Positions 39,705 through 52,581 of a DNA stretch of 64,000 bases are shown one piece after another (the first letter of the stretch is position 1; the number at the start of each line of letters is the position of its first letter). The position numbers and the translations under genes were made by a program. This stretch comes from Okamejei kenojei (taxonomy: Eukaryota), in NCBI GenBank assembly GCA_035221665.1, contig CM069159.1, forward strand, positions 23,622,001-23,686,000, read 5' to 3'. The notes beneath the pieces are model-generated. The model was not told the DNA's origin. It worked only from the letters and a program-made list of their open reading frames with translations, and ran no database searches.

Positions 39705-39960
39705 AACCATTTAGAAAGGAGATGAGAAGGAACTTTAGTTAGAGGATGGTCAATCTGTAGAATTCATTGCCACAGATAGCTGTGGAGGCCAAGTCACTGA
39801 GTATTTTTAAGGCAGAGATTGACAGATTTTTGATTTGAGGGATTATGGAGCAAAGGCAGGAGAATGGGGTTGAATGGGAAAGATAGATCAGCCATGATTG
39901 AATGGTGGAATAGACTTGATGGGCTGAATGGCCTTATTCTGTTCCTAGAACCTATGTATT
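39705..39960 (+). mobile_element. CR1 3' end
   Basis: Typical CR1 tail ending GGCTGAATGGCCTTATTCTGTTCC. Confidence 0.7.
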
Positions 39961-40278
39961 TATGAACTATTCCATGGCTCACCTTTGTACAAGAGACTAC
40001 AAGGTACCATGTGGGCGTTTTTTTTGTTTCAGAAGCAACACTAAATATGGGAGCTTGTAACCCAGAACAAAAATAGAAAACATGCTTGAGAAATCAAAAA
40101 GAACGACTGAGAAATTTGGTCCCAGTACCCGTTTCCCTCCCTCACGTCCAAGTGTCTGTCTGTTTTACATCCTCACTTTGGCTGCTCAGCTCCCAGCTTG
40201 TGATCAGATTATGCTCGCTTGCACTTAACTACCTCGCTGCAACAGTTCTCCAAATAGACGAGTTAGAAGGAACCACAT

Positions 40279-40580
40279 CGGGGTGGCACAGTGGTACAGC
40301 AGTAAAGTTGCTGCCTTCTAGCGCCAGAGGCCCGGGTTAGATCCTGACTACGGCTGCTGTCTGTGCAGAGTTTGTTCACTTTCCCAGTGACCGCGTGGGT
40401 TTTCTCTGGGTCCTACAGTTTCCCTCCCCACACTCCAAAGACGTACAGGCTTGTACATCAATTGGCTTCTGTAAATTGTAATTTGTCGCTAGTGTTTAGA
40501 GTAGTGCTAGTGTATGGGGTGATCGCTGGTCTGTGTGGAGTCAGAGGGCCAAAGGCCCTGTTTCCACACTACGTCTAAAG
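40279..40580 (+). mobile_element. HE1/V-SINE-type SINE
   Basis: Head GGGGTGGCACAGTGG..., followed by the central domain and tail. Confidence 0.8.
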
Positions 40581-40785
40581 TATGTCACACAGTATTGGAA
40601 TGTTAATACATGTCTTAACACACCACACAGGAGGAAGATACCAACCTGTGGTGCAAGTCAATGCTATTATACATCTATTAATGTGCAGCCTCTAGGTGGC
40701 ATAAATAACTTTCTGTTTCAATATCTATTTAGAAGCATCCCTAGCTCCAGGTCAGGGTTAAATATCAGGATTAACAGTTTCTTAC

Positions 40786-40894
40786 CCTGGAGTAGTGCCA
40801 AGCCCAGATTGGCCGCTTGTTGAGGTGTGGCCACTATCAGTGGACGATGTGATTGGTGATGAAGGTCTGCTGATCATACTGGAGGAAGACATGC
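40786..40894 (-). CDS. POU2F3: POU2F3 coding exon (Ser-rich C-terminal region)
   Basis: ttttccag|...|GTAAGA. Reads (G)MSSSSMISRPSSPITSSTDSGHTSTSGQSGLGTTP(G), with the SRPSSP motif as in mammalian POU2F3. Phase 1-2. Confidence 0.85.
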
Positions 40895-41467
40895 CTGGAA
40901 AAGTCAACATCAAAACCCTTAGAATCACTCTCAACTGGAGCGTTCATGTCAGGGAAGCAGAGTCTTCTTCGTTGCTCCCACAGCATTCATATGTATCCAT
41001 GACAATGAATGGGTCAGATTTGGGGTAATAAATGTAATATCCCAAATTTTATTGACCAACATTTGAATTTAAAAGCATTTGGGTGACTTAAAAACCAAGA
41101 CTAATCATTTCAATGTTTAACTCAGTGTGACATTGAAATTGAGACACAAGAGGAAAAGAGAGCTGGAAAGGGCTCTTAAAGATAGCGGAGTCAGGGGATA
41201 TGGGGAAAAGGCAGGAATGGGGAACTGATTGGGGATGATCAGCCATGATCACATTGAATGGTGGTGCTGGCTCGAAGGGCTGAATGGCCTACTCCTGTAC
41301 CTATTGTCTATTGTCTAAAAACAGATGCTGGAATATGGAGCAAAAGATAAAATGCTGGAATCAAGCTATATCTGTGGAGGCAAAAGGATGGTCAACATTC
41401 AATGTCAAGACCCTGCAGCAGGACAGAGAGTAGAGGGACGATAGCCAGTATATAGAAATGAGAGGGA

Positions 41468-41790
41468 ATTTAGTTTTGAGGCATTGCATGGAAACAGGCC
41501 CTTTGGCCCACTGAGTCCATACTGGCCATCGATCATCCATTCTCACTGGTTCCATGTTATCCCACTTTTCCATGCACTCCCTACACACACGGGGCAATTT
41601 ACAAAGGCCAAATAACCTATAAACCCGCATGCCTTTGAGATGTGGGGGGGAAGCAGAGCTGCTGGAGGAAACCAACGTGGTTATAGTGAGAATGTGCAAA
41701 ATCCATATAGACACCACCCGAGGTCAGGATTGAACCCAGGTCTCTGGCGTTGTGAGGCAGTAGCTCTACCTGTGTGCCACAGTGCCACCC
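41468..41790 (-). mobile_element. HE1/V-SINE-type SINE
   Basis: Reverse complement of the SINE consensus. Confidence 0.75.
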
Positions 41791-41946
41791 ATCATCAGGG
41801 ATGTGAGAGAGGCTCAAAATCCTCTGCTGGTTCTACCCATTACCTTCCAGCCTCTGCCGCAGTGTCCCCATTTCCCCTACAATGTGCCCATGCAGTTGAT
41901 TCCTGACCGATGTTTGATACATTAATGGTGTATGTGTAGTTCCTAC

Positions 41947-42013
41947 CTGTCATATTCAAGTTGTTGTGCATCTGTGACATGATTGGAGGTTCAATGGATC
42001 CCGAGGTGGAAAC
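41947..42013 (-). CDS. POU2F3: POU2F3 coding exon
   Basis: ttttgtag|...|GTAGGA. Reads VSTSGSIEPPIMSQMHNNLNMT, 67 nt, phase 0-1. Confidence 0.85.
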
Positions 42014-42674
42014 CTACAAAAGGAAATACATAAGTTGGAAACAACCTGTTTAACCTACAACTTAAGTGACAAAAGCTAAGATTCAGAAGCATTCTTATGT
42101 CGACTCACGCTCTTGGCAGAAATGGCAGCCTATCTCAAATAGCTGAATGCCTTGCTTCTAAACTCATAAAGTAACATCCTGGCTGCCCGTCCCTTCCAAC
42201 TCCTACCATACATGCAACAGAGCTATACAGCATGGAAGGAGTACCTTCAACCCAACATGCTGATGTTGCCTAACCAAACTAGTACCGCTTGCCTGCGCCT
42301 GGCTCATCTCCCTCTAAATGTTTCCTATCCATGTACCTGTTTAGTGTCTTTAAAATTATCATAATTGTACCGTCTTCTATCACTTCCTTTGGCAACAACC
42401 CACAAACACATCACCCTCTAGTATGAAAATGTAATCTCTCGGGTCAGATTTACATCTTCCCCCTCTCACTTTGAACTTATGCCCTTTAGTTTTAGACTCC
42501 CTATCCTCGATAAAGATGGTGACTATTCACCTCGTCTAAGCTTATTGCGTGCACTAATTCCCATGGCACAGATTTCCACCCACTCACCAAGACAGAAATT
42601 TCTGCTTATCCGGGTCTGGATGGCAAACAGATGGGTCGGAAGAAGAAGCAAGAGATCATGGAAGGTGGACAAAA

Positions 42675-42860
42675 TGTGTAGGAAAGAACTGCAGATGCTG
42701 GTTTAAATCAAAGGCAGACACAAAATGCTGGAGTAACTCAGTGGAACAAGCAGCATCTCTGGAGAGAGGAAAAATGGGTGACGTCCCGAAACGTCATCCA
42801 TTCCTTCTCTCCACAGATGCTGCCTGTCCCGCTGAGTTACTCCAGCATTTTGTGTCTGCC
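42675..42860. mobile_element. Penelope-type element with an inverted-repeat structure
   Basis: The arms AAGGCAGACACAAAATGCTGGAGTAACTCAG and CTGAGTTACTCCAGCATTTTGTGTCTGCCTT are inverted copies. Confidence 0.7.
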
Positions 42861-43474
42861 TTAGGGAAGGTGGAGCCTGGCATTTACTTTAAATGTATTA
42901 TTTTTTGTTGCAATATTAACATCAGCACCCGCCGTGGGGCAAGGAAGGAAATCTGAGGGGTTCACTGTTCAACGAGAATAAAACCTCAGCACACTACAGC
43001 TGACATCTTCAGTCATGCTCCAATAGTTGCTGCAGCTTAAAAAATAACTTTGCATATTTATACCTCACTCAACTCAATCTTTCTTCCTCTGTGAACCTGA
43101 ATTCACCTATTTAAATTTATACATCCTTGTTCTGTCTGGCACCCTAAATTCCACATTCCTATGGTCTGATTAGTTAAGGACAAAGTTCCTTGCATTATAG
43201 AGGTTGATATGTCATTTCCAACTCCCAGTTATAGCAATTTGCTGGGAATAAATGTTGGCAATTTCACTGAGAAGGGCAAGCCTTGTTGTTTCTTCCAACT
43301 AATTGTAACAATTTTGGAACTGGTCAGCTGTGATGTTTTGATGGGTTTACTCAAGTTATGGGGATGTGTGGACGCTGACTGTGGCAGAGAGAATGGGTGT
43401 AAAATGTAAACAAGGTCACCAAGAAGGCAGGAATGACAGACACCAATAATTGCCCCAGAGGCAGTGAGACTCAC

Positions 43475-43636
43475 CAGCCGTGAGCTATACATTGGTGCTT
43501 TGGTGGAAGAAGCAATGGGACAGTTAATCCTCTTCTCTTTCTGACGCCGATTGCAGAACCAAACACGGACAACTTCTTTCTCCATCGACAACTGTTCTGA
43601 AATCATCATAATTTCTTCCGAGCTGGGCTTCGAGTT
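43475..43636 (-). CDS. POU2F3: POU2F3 homeodomain exon
   Basis: Reads [54 protein letters not shown], with ag/GTGAGT boundaries. Confidence 0.97.
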
Positions 43637-44122
43637 CTAAGGTGAATCAGAAGAGTGCTTAAATTAGATGCTGCTGCAAGCAAGCTTATCATTGTATCTG
43701 TACTTCGCCATGCTTTACTCGTACATATGACAATAACATCCACTTCTCTTGAATTAGGCAGTTAGAATTCTGCATTATACTATAACTGAGGCCTAATGGT
43801 ATGGGAAAGAGTATTGAATGAGAATTGATAAGATAAATCTCCAAAGATTTAGCTAAATGGTACAACAGTCCCAAACAAATGTCTGATCTATTTTAGCTAT
43901 TATGGTGGAGGGATAGACAGAGAGAGAGAGACAATTGAGAAAATAATGGATGAAATAGGTATAGGAGATGGAAGGAAGGGGTGAAAAAACCCCAAAACAG
44001 GTCATATTCATAAGCTTGCCAAGTTCTATGTGTGATTTGGGAAAAGAGTGAATTCTGACAAGCCCGTTCACTGGTGTTAGTTAGACTGAGCCAGAGCATT
44101 AACATTGTTGAGCTGAACTCAC

Positions 44123-44268
44123 CTCATGGAAACGCTTCTCCAGGGTCAGGCGGATGTTGGTTTCAATGCTTGTTCGCTTCTTCCTTTTGCGGCCAAGGCC
44201 CTCCATCCCAATCATCTGGGGTGCGAGAGATGCCAGGCTGTTCAGTGTTGAATCAGAGGGGACATTTT
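44123..44268 (-). CDS. POU2F3: POU2F3 linker and homeodomain-start exon
   Basis: Reads (E)NVPSDSTLNSLASLAPQMIGMEGLGRKRKKRTSIETNIRLTLEKRFHE|GTGAGT. Confidence 0.95.
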
Positions 44269-44409
44269 CTGCCGGAGGAAATATTCTGTTAATGAGATTC
44301 ATTGTGGCATGTACACAGTAATCCAAGATGCACTCTCCTTTGGTCAAACTACATGCAAGCCAAAGAAGAGAAAGCGTATATTTGTTCAAGGGAATCCAGA
44401 ACGATTAAG

Positions 44410-45335
44410 TGCTGGGAGCTCTAGATGAAAGTATATGTGGTTTGATTAGTAGATTTGCAGATTACACAAACAAATTTGGAATTGCAGATAGTAAGAATGG
44501 TTGTCAAAGGATACAACAGGTTTTAAAACAGTTGAAAATTTGGGCAAAGAAATGGCAGATGCAGTTTAATTCAGACATGCATGAGGTGGTGTATTTTAGG
44601 AGGTCAAATGTAAAAGAAACGTATGCAGTAAATGACAGGGACCCTTAAGATCATTGATGTACAGCGGGACCATGGGGTGCATTTTCATAGATCTCTGAAA
44701 GTGGCAACGCAAGGGGATATACAGAAGCGGATGTCTTCATCAGCCAAGACACTGAAAATAAAAGTTGGCAGGTCATGTGTAGTCTTATAAAACATGTTAG
44801 GCCACATTTGAAGTATTTGTGCAGTTCTGTTGGCTGTGTTGCAGGAAGGATGTGGAGGCTTTCTAGAGAGTGTAGAAGATATTCAGCATGATGTTGCTGG
44901 ATTGAAGACTTTTAGCGAAGAGAGATTGGACAGATTTGGATTGTTTATGCTGAGTGGAAACTTGATAGGGTTGAATACAATTGTGGAAGGAATAGAGAGG
45001 ACAGCTGATCAGTGTGTTTTACCAAGGGTGGAAATGTCAATTATTAGAGGGCATAAGTTTTAAAGTGAGGAGGAGTAACAATTTTAAGGGTGATTTACAA
45101 GGTAAGTTTTGCTTTGCACAGAAGGTGGTAAGTGCTTGGAGCGTGCGGCCAGAGGAATTGGTAGAAACAGATATAACTTTAAGAGGCATTTAAACAGACA
45201 CATGAACAGGCAAAGAATAAAGGGAAATGGACCTTGTGTGGGCAGGTGGGATTAGTTTAGATTGGCATCATATTCAGCATAGACAACAGAGGCTGAAGGG
45301 CATTGTTCTTGTGCGGTACTATTCTGTATACTGTT
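44410..45335 (+). mobile_element. CR1 LINE RT and 3' fragment
   Basis: Translation ISRFADYT..GCQRIQQ..WAKKWQMQFN, running through to the 3' tail. Confidence 0.85.
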
Positions 45336-46037
45336 CTATGAATCACACCAGACAGTGTGTGTAAATTCGCCCTCAATCAGTTGGAGGCTATTGACTGGTC
45401 ACATTGCCTGTAGGAAGACACCTGGTGAGTATTGTCATACAATGAGTACAAAGTGGATTCACTATTATCAAAGCTGACCAGAAAACACTTCCATGACCCG
45501 AACAGTATATGGGTCTTCAACATGGTTCTCAGACTCAGGGCAACTCTAACTCACAATTCTTGGAATGTAGTTAAGGGACACACATCAAAATGGATATTCA
45601 CTTTAAAATTAAAAAAAATCACTAAATTTCTGCTCCTTTGTCCAGGGGTCATGCTGGTGAGAAGCATCTTTCAAACGAACACAAGAGTAGCTTGTCAGAC
45701 AACGTTTAGTTTATAGATATGGCACGAAAATAGGCCCTTAGGCCTACCGGGTCCGCGCCAACCAGCGATCCCTGCATGTAAACACTATCCTACACACACT
45801 AGGGACAATTTTTACATTTACCAAGCCAATTAATCTACAAACCTGCACGTCAGTGGTGTGTGCATTTGGAATAATCAACCCAGCAGGGAGGTCTATTGTC
45901 TACAGTCAACATAATAGGAGAATGGGTTTGCAAGACTAATTTAATTTGTGCTAATTTTTTGCTTCTGTCTGAGAAGGGCACAATACTAGCATGGAGCAGG
46001 GATGAGGAGGGAAGGAACTCTGTATGGGGGTGGATAC

Positions 46038-46179
46038 CTGCATCACTCAACCATTTCTCCAGCAGTGGCTTGAGTTTGCACATGTTCTTGAAGCTCAGGT
46101 TCAAAGCCTCAAATCGGGAGATCGTAGTTTGACTAAAGTCATTTCCATAGAGTTTTCCCATCGCTAATCCGACATCCCC
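46038..46179 (-). CDS. POU2F3: POU2F3 POU-specific domain exon
   Basis: Reads [47 protein letters not shown], a class II POU signature. Confidence 0.97.
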
Positions 46180-47161
46180 CTACGAAAACAAAAAAACATT
46201 TTAAGGATATGCAAAGTTGTTTAATTTCACCGAGTCAGAGTTTGAAAACTGCTCCAGCACAAATAGTTAATCTGACAATCCAGAGAAGTATTGATCCAAG
46301 ATGGTGTCATTTGGATGATGGCTAAACCCAAGGCCACATCTATGCCCTAAGATTGATGGAAAAGATCATCAGAAACTATTTTTATAATGTCAGAGAGGCA
46401 CATTTGAAATGTGAAATGTCAGTTTCTCACCCAACATTACTAAAACATATTATTTGCTCATTGTCACAATGCTACCCGTGGGAAATTGCAAATTCTGCCT
46501 TGCATTTCCTGTGTTAACTCTGTAATTACAAATTCAAAATCGATACATTGGTTGGAGTGCACTTTGGGATGTCTGAAAGGGGTACCATAGAAATGCAAGT
46601 CTAGTTTCTTTCCTCCAAATTAAAATAGATGAGCAGGTTGTTATTGGGCTGAGCCCTAAAGGGAATCTTCGCACCATTTCATATAGTCCATTCCATGTGG
46701 CTGCTGATCACATAACCATTAGCTCTGAAAGGACTATTTATGGAAGATAGCGCATGGTTACTGACCTGATGCAAACTGTGGGTCATCTCCAGCAGATATC
46801 ACCCAACTGTATGCCTGTATTTGCCAAATTGTTATACACATTCATAGCCCCAATTCAGAGTTGCCACCATTTCTAATAAAATGTCATTGATGGCAGAATT
46901 AAATGTTTTAAGTTCCAGAGGTGGTCAGTGTGGGAGCAGTCTGCGCACCTGAATGAACAGTGGCTGGCCATATAATTGACTGACATTGGTTGGTATCCAA
47001 CATTCTGTTCCGAACATGGTTATCTGCAGAAGCACCACTTTCTCCTTGATCCCCACAAGCTGCAGGACTCTGGGTCAGACACAGACACAGAGAGACACAT
47101 AGAGACAAAGAGCTCCTTCACCACATTGAATCCCAACAACTGCTGGACCCCGTTTTCTTAC

Positions 47162-47356
47162 CTGAGTGAAACCCAGCTTAATGCGCCTTTGTTTAAATGT
47201 TTTTGCAAACTGTTCCAGTTCCTCCAGGTCATTAGGTTCATCTGACTGCACAGAAGGGATGTGCTTTGGAGCAATGGGCTTTGGGACCTGGTGTGGAGGA
47301 AGGGCTTCTAAATGAGACTCCAAGGATGAACCCATGAGACCTGAACGAATGACTGC
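47162..47356 (-). CDS. POU2F3: POU2F3 exon with the start of the POU-specific domain
   Basis: Reads [45 protein letters not shown]|GTAAGA. Confidence 0.97.
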
Positions 47357-47554
47357 CTGTTAAGTTATCAAAACAAACTCATTTAATGGGTTAGAACCTA
47401 AAATCTTTAGCTAACAGAGTTACACAGTAACACTTATCGATTACGGCTTTGCCATAAGACAGGAGTAGATCTTCTCCCTTTCAGTAAGATCACACAGCTA
47501 CAATTCTACAAACTACTTTCCCTCTGATCCATATATCACTTAATTCCCCCAAAC

Positions 47555-47914
47555 CAGGGATGGGGAACCTGCGGCCTTAAAACCGCATGCGGCCTTCTAT
47601 GCCATTAAGTGCGGTCTTTTGAATGAATCCAATATATGTTTACTTTTTATTATATGTTTTTGTTCGTCTTTTATTATTTTAATTTTAATCTTAAAATGAA
47701 CGTATTTCAAATACCAAAGAGTAAAAGAAGGTTCAACTAAATAATCCTCCCCGACTGATGACCCCAATTAAAACATTAGTAAGTCATGAGGGCTATTTTA
47801 ACAAAATAATGTACATTTTGAAGTATATCTAGCTGAAGTTTATTGGATGCGGCCTTATTAGATTTACAGCTAACTTGATGCGGCATTCCAACATGGAAAG
47901 GTTCCCCACCCCTG
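47555..47914. mobile_element. hAT-family MITE
   Basis: TIRs CAGGGATGGGGAACCT and AGGTTCCCCACCCCTG, with a perfect 8-bp TSD CCCCAAAC (47547-47554 and 47915-47922). Confidence 0.9.
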
Positions 47915-48308
47915 CCCCAAACCTTGCAAAGTCAAACCTACATATATCAGCAACAGTCTTTCCACAGTACAGGGTTCCAAAGATTCCGTAGTTTTGATTT
48001 AAAAAAAATATTCTCTCCTCAGTCTTGCCAAACTCTTAGCCTGATATCATAAGTCTTGGTTAAGGGATACTTATGTTCATCAGGAAATATAAATACATCT
48101 ATCAACAATCAGTAAATTTCCAGACGCTGTCATCTCAATTCCACAATCCCAATTCCACAGAGGTGGACGGATATCTGGAAAGACAATGGCCCACACCATT
48201 CCCATGATAATCTTACGGTGGTACAATTTTGACTGAAGTTGTCTTTATTCATGTCACTAATTCTCAGAGGCTAAAAGCTACTCTAACTCATAGAGAATTT
48301 GCTTTGTG

Positions 48309-48642
48309 GTTAGTGTGTTGGGAAGAACTGCAGATGCTGGCCTTCTCGTTTGTCAGAGTGAGGCCCAGGCAAAGTGGAGGAACAGCACTTCATATTTTGC
48401 ATGGGTAGCTTACACCCCAGTGGTATGAACATTGACTTCTCTAACTTCAAATAGCCCTTACTTTCTCTCTCCATCCCCTCCCCCTTCCCAGTTCTTTACT
48501 GTCTCAGACTACATTGTATCTCTGTCCCACCCACTCCCCTGACATCAGTCTGAAGAAGGGTCTCGACCCGAACCATCACCCATACCTTCTCTCCAGAGAT
48601 GCTGCCTGTCCCGCTGAGTTACTCCAGCATTTTGTGTCTCAC
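48309..48642 (+). mobile_element. Penelope-like retroelement 3' fragment
   Basis: Encodes a C-terminal EEQHFIFCMGSLHPSGMNIDFSNFK* (end of the GIY-YIG region), then a hammerhead-like motif at about 48549-48576. Flanked by the direct repeat TTTGCTTTGTG (48298-48308 and 48643-48653). Confidence 0.8.
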
Positions 48643-48689
48643 TTTGCTTTGTGACTAAATGTAAATGAAACACTTAAGCACACACAAAC

Positions 48690-48781
48690 CTGTGAAGTGA
48701 GCCCAATGCCGGACTGAGGGGAACAGAGGGAGCTTTGTGATTGTTGAGACAACGGGAGCAGGTTTGGAGTCTGCAGCGAAC
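48690..48781 (-). CDS. POU2F3: POU2F3 coding exon
   Basis: ttctcag|...|GTTTGT. Reads (G)SLQTPNLLPLSQQSQSSLCSPQSGIGLTSQ, phase 1-0. Confidence 0.9.
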
Positions 48782-49259
48782 CTGAGAATGCATTAAAAAA
48801 AACAAAACACAATGGCTACATCACAACATTACAATGTACATCCTATAGAGAAACAAATGATCAAAAGAGGGAAAATCAACCGGGATTTCGATCTGATTGA
48901 AGATATGGTCCGAAGGGCCTATTCTTATGTTGTACCGTTCTATGATGTGTCATCCACTGTAGAACTTGTTTTCAGAGATGGAGCTAGTTACTGATCAGAC
49001 GCTTGATCAAATCAAACAAGGACTGAGAGGTATCCCTCTCCTTCAATCACACTGGGCCCCTCCCCAACCTACCAATATATTTCCCTTCCAACCCACCAAG
49101 GGCACCTCAGCCCCTCTGCCCTTTCCTGTCCCAACTTGAACAGGTATTCTTCTCACCATCCAGCCCTCACCAATATAGCCAGTTAATCCATTCTCATTAA
49201 CCCAAATTTAATAGGAGTTTCCCTGCCTTCCCCTTCAATACCTCAGCCTGCCATGGCGT

Positions 49260-49535
49260 TTATCTTAGTTTGGAGATACAGCGCGGAAACAGGCCGTTCA
49301 GCCCACCAGTGTCACACACTAATACTATCCTACACACACTAAGGACAATTTACAATTTTACCAAGCCAATTAGCCAACAAACTTGTACATCTTTGAAGTA
49401 TGGAAGGAAACCGGAACATCCGGAGAAAACCCACGCAGCTCACAGGGAGAATGTACAAACTGCATATAGATAGTACCCGTAGTCAGGAGTAGGCCTGGTT
49501 CTCTGGTGTGGTAAGGCAGCATCTCTACCACTGCC
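49260..49535 (-). mobile_element. HE1/V-SINE-type SINE
   Basis: Reverse complement of the SINE consensus. Confidence 0.75.
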
Positions 49536-49789
49536 ACCCTTATTCCCTCTGAACCCAACATGGACAGGTCTTCAAGGACCCCCAAACAACCCAACACAAC
49601 TAGTGCTCCTGCCACATCACAACCCCAAACTTAACAGGTCTCTTCTCCATTCCCTCCCTCACCTCTCACTACTGAACACCAATCCCGATAAATGTTCCTC
49701 ACCTCTCAGCACTAAACACCAATCCTGATAAATGTTCCTCCACTCCCCCACCTCAAGCGATCCTTCACCAGCAAACCTCATCCTGCTAC

Positions 49790-50050
49790 ACACCCCAATC
49801 CAGAGAAACATCCCTTCACCACTCATACCAAATTGGGACAGACATTACTGCCATCCATTCAACCTGTTCATCGCAATGGCCATCTGCAGCTCCCAATAGC
49901 AAGTCATTGTAATTCCCTTCCTATTCCCACTACAACCTGTCTGGACTTGGCCTCCTCCACCAGGGAGAGGCCGTATGCAAATTTGCAGAACAGCAGCTCA
50001 CTCTCTGCCTGTGTGTTCCACAACCCAGCGGCATGAACAATGAATTCTCC
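49790..50050 (+). mobile_element. Degraded Penelope-like ORF 3' fragment
   Basis: Translation HLQLPIASHCNS..LGLL..EQQL..HNPAAMN parallels the fragment at 48350-48455. Confidence 0.6.
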
Positions 50051-50197
50051 TCCCGGAGGAGAGCAGGTTATCTGAACTTGGAGAATTCATTGTTCACGCC
50101 ACTCTCTCTCACTCTCTTTCTAGTGAACTCTAGTCCTCTCACACACCCCCTTCTTTCAAAAACTATTACCCCACCCTAGTCTCTATCACCCAGTTTC

Positions 50198-50490
50198 AAT
50201 AGACAATAGGTGCAGGAGTAGGCCATTTGGCCCTTCAAGTCAGCACCGTCATTCAATGTGTTCATGGCTGATCATCCCCAATCAGTACCCCGTTCCTGCC
50301 CTCTCCCCATATCCCCTGACTCCGCTATTTTTAAGAGCCCTATCTAGCTCTCTCTTGAAAACATCCAGAGAACTTGCTTCCACTGCCCTCTGAGGCAGAG
50401 AATTCCACACTCACCACTCTTTGTGAGAAAATGTTTCCTCATCTCCGTTCTAAATGGCTTACTCCTTATTCTTAAACTGTGGCCCCTAGT
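50198..50490 (-). mobile_element. CR1 3' end
   Basis: Inverted CR1 tail, CAATAGACAATAGGTGCAGGAGTAGGCCATT... Confidence 0.75.
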
Positions 50491-51657
50491 TTCTTGCCCT
50501 TCTCCCAGCTACATCATCTGCCCACCACCTACACAGTTGTCCCACTGGGTTCTCCCATCTCCTCCCCCCACCATTCCCTACTTCACACCATTTGGTTCCA
50601 CTATTCACCTTTCTTTCTTATTGAAATCAATAATTTGAGCCCTTTGTTGTCTGCACTCATCACCTCTCAGCTTCTATCACTACCCTGAGTTTGAGTTTAG
50701 TTCATTGTCATGTGTACGAGGTAAAGTGAAAAGCCTTAGTTGCGTGCTAACCAGTCAGCAGAAAGATAATACATGATTACAACGAGCCATCCAGTGTACA
50801 GTTACATGATAAAGGGAATAACGTGAATAACGTTTAGTGCACTTCTCCTCCTGACTCCATCTGCAAATTAACCCCTCCTCACCTGGATCCACATATCACT
50901 TGACCCACACCAATCCCTCACCTCTTTACATAGGCCATCTCCCATGTCCATTTTCCTGCACGGATGCTGCCTGGCCTAGTTAGTTTCTCCAGGTGGAGCC
51001 TTTCGCTCCAGATTCTATCATGTGCAGTCTCTTGTGTCTCCTATTCATGCATTCCTCTCCTCTGACCCAATCGGGTGTCCCACTACCTTTAGCTGCTTAA
51101 TCCAGCAAGGTGTTCCACTGCCCACATGAAGGCATTTGTCTATCTCCGCCAGCCCAATTCAAACGCATTGCTTCCTCCTCATCCAACCTGGAGCTGCATT
51201 GTTTCGAAGCACACCCAACCCAACCTTGAATACTGTCTGAAAATCCAAACCTGCATATAAACTGGCAATCTAAACTCAAAGCAGAAAACGCTGGAAGCAC
51301 TCAGCAAGTCAGGCTGCATTGTGAAAGAGAAATCATTCATGTTTCAATTAATAAAATATTTAGATTAAAGGGGTCTTCACGTTGAAATGTTAACTCGTTA
51401 CCTCTTTCCACAGATACATTCTCACCCGCCGATTTAATTTTAATTCCAGTGCAATATTGGTCTATCTCCAACAGTCAACCCAAATGGGATGTGGTTTTTT
51501 AACCATCCCCAACCTCCACAACGTTCCCTGCTATTCCTCTCGTGCTGCCCCAAACAAATCAGGCCTTTCTGTTTCCCTGGAATACACCGTGACATACTGA
51601 TATAATTACTGATATGTGTGTAAGCAAGTCGCTGAGAGCAGGACAGCAGATCACCTT

Positions 51658-51837
51658 AGACACCAAAAAGCTGGAGTAACTCAGCGGGTCAACCAGCATC
51701 TCTGAAGAAAAGGAATAGATAACGTTTCGGGTCAAGACAATTCTTCTGACAAACTGCTGTCTGACCCGCTGAGTTACTCCACCTTTTTGTATCTATCTTC
51801 GGTTTACACCAGCATCTGCAGTTCCTTCCTACACAAT
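51658..51837. mobile_element. Penelope-type element inserted at a POU2F3 splice donor
   Basis: Inverted-repeat element flanked by the 10-bp direct repeat AGATCACCTT (51648-51657 and 51838-51847). Confidence 0.8.
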
Positions 51838-51844
51838 AGATCAC

Positions 51845-51950
51845 CTTGATGGTTCTGCTGTGCCTGAGGCAAGAGGAACGTTGCGGCTGTTTGCAGGTGA
51901 TGCCCAGGTACGACCACCAGTTGCTGCAAGGTGTGAAGTGGCTGCAGGTC
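51845..51950 (-). CDS. POU2F3: POU2F3 Gln-rich exon
   Basis: ttcccttag|...|GTGATC. Reads DLQPLHTLQQLVVVPGHHLQTAATFLLPQAQQNHQ(G), containing the LQQLV.VPGH motif of POU2 proteins. Confidence 0.92.
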
Positions 51951-52545
51951 CTAAGGGAACAGGGTACTTGTCAGTCTCAGAGTTATGACCTGCAACATCC
52001 CAGCTCCGACTCAGAATCTCTTCCCTAGTAAAGCTATTCACTTCATAAACAGATTCCCAGTGCTTGCAACTGAGTCATATCACACTCTCTCCCCACAAAA
52101 CATGCCCCATATTTCATCATCAAACACCTCCATCCCAATTTCACCCTGCCCACAATGTTATCCCTTTGCTCCCTTTCCAACCTCCACTTCCCAATATAAT
52201 TAATGCCAGCACCAATCCTGCCTCCTCACCCACACCCCATGGCCATACAGTCGCTGCTCCCAATGCAGTCTCAGGCACTCCATTTCAAAGACCTCATCCC
52301 CACTCCCAATCCAATCACACTTGCCATCCCAACAGAGGAATCTGAACATCCATATAAATATTTTCCTTAAATAGATAGTCCAGCAGGAAAACATGTGAGG
52401 CAGCTGCAAATGCACGAGTTGAAATGCTATTTCTCACAACTACAGCGGTCTTGGTGAATGGAAGGTGTGTGCAACAATCCACTTTCAGCTGTGTCAATAC
52501 ACATCACTGACATCTGCATCAATCATGATCTATCTCTGCTGATAC

Positions 52546-52581
52546 CTGTGGAGGCGAGTCTCTCTGGTCCTCAGTTTTGAT
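52546..52581 (-). CDS. POU2F3: POU2F3 short exon
   Basis: ttttccag|IKTEDQRDSPPQ|GTATCA. The IKTED motif is conserved in POU2F3. The donor is inferred because read-through meets a stop. Confidence 0.7.

Noticed and set aside
49657-49740. 40-bp tandem duplication, plus 23-bp (about 38200) and 18-bp (about 38870) doublets
   Set aside because: Ordinary slippage duplications with no evidence of function.
51951-52030. Alternative upstream acceptors for the POU2F3 Gln-rich exon
   Set aside because: Phase-0 extensions from either upstream AG hit in-frame stops (TAA, TAG).
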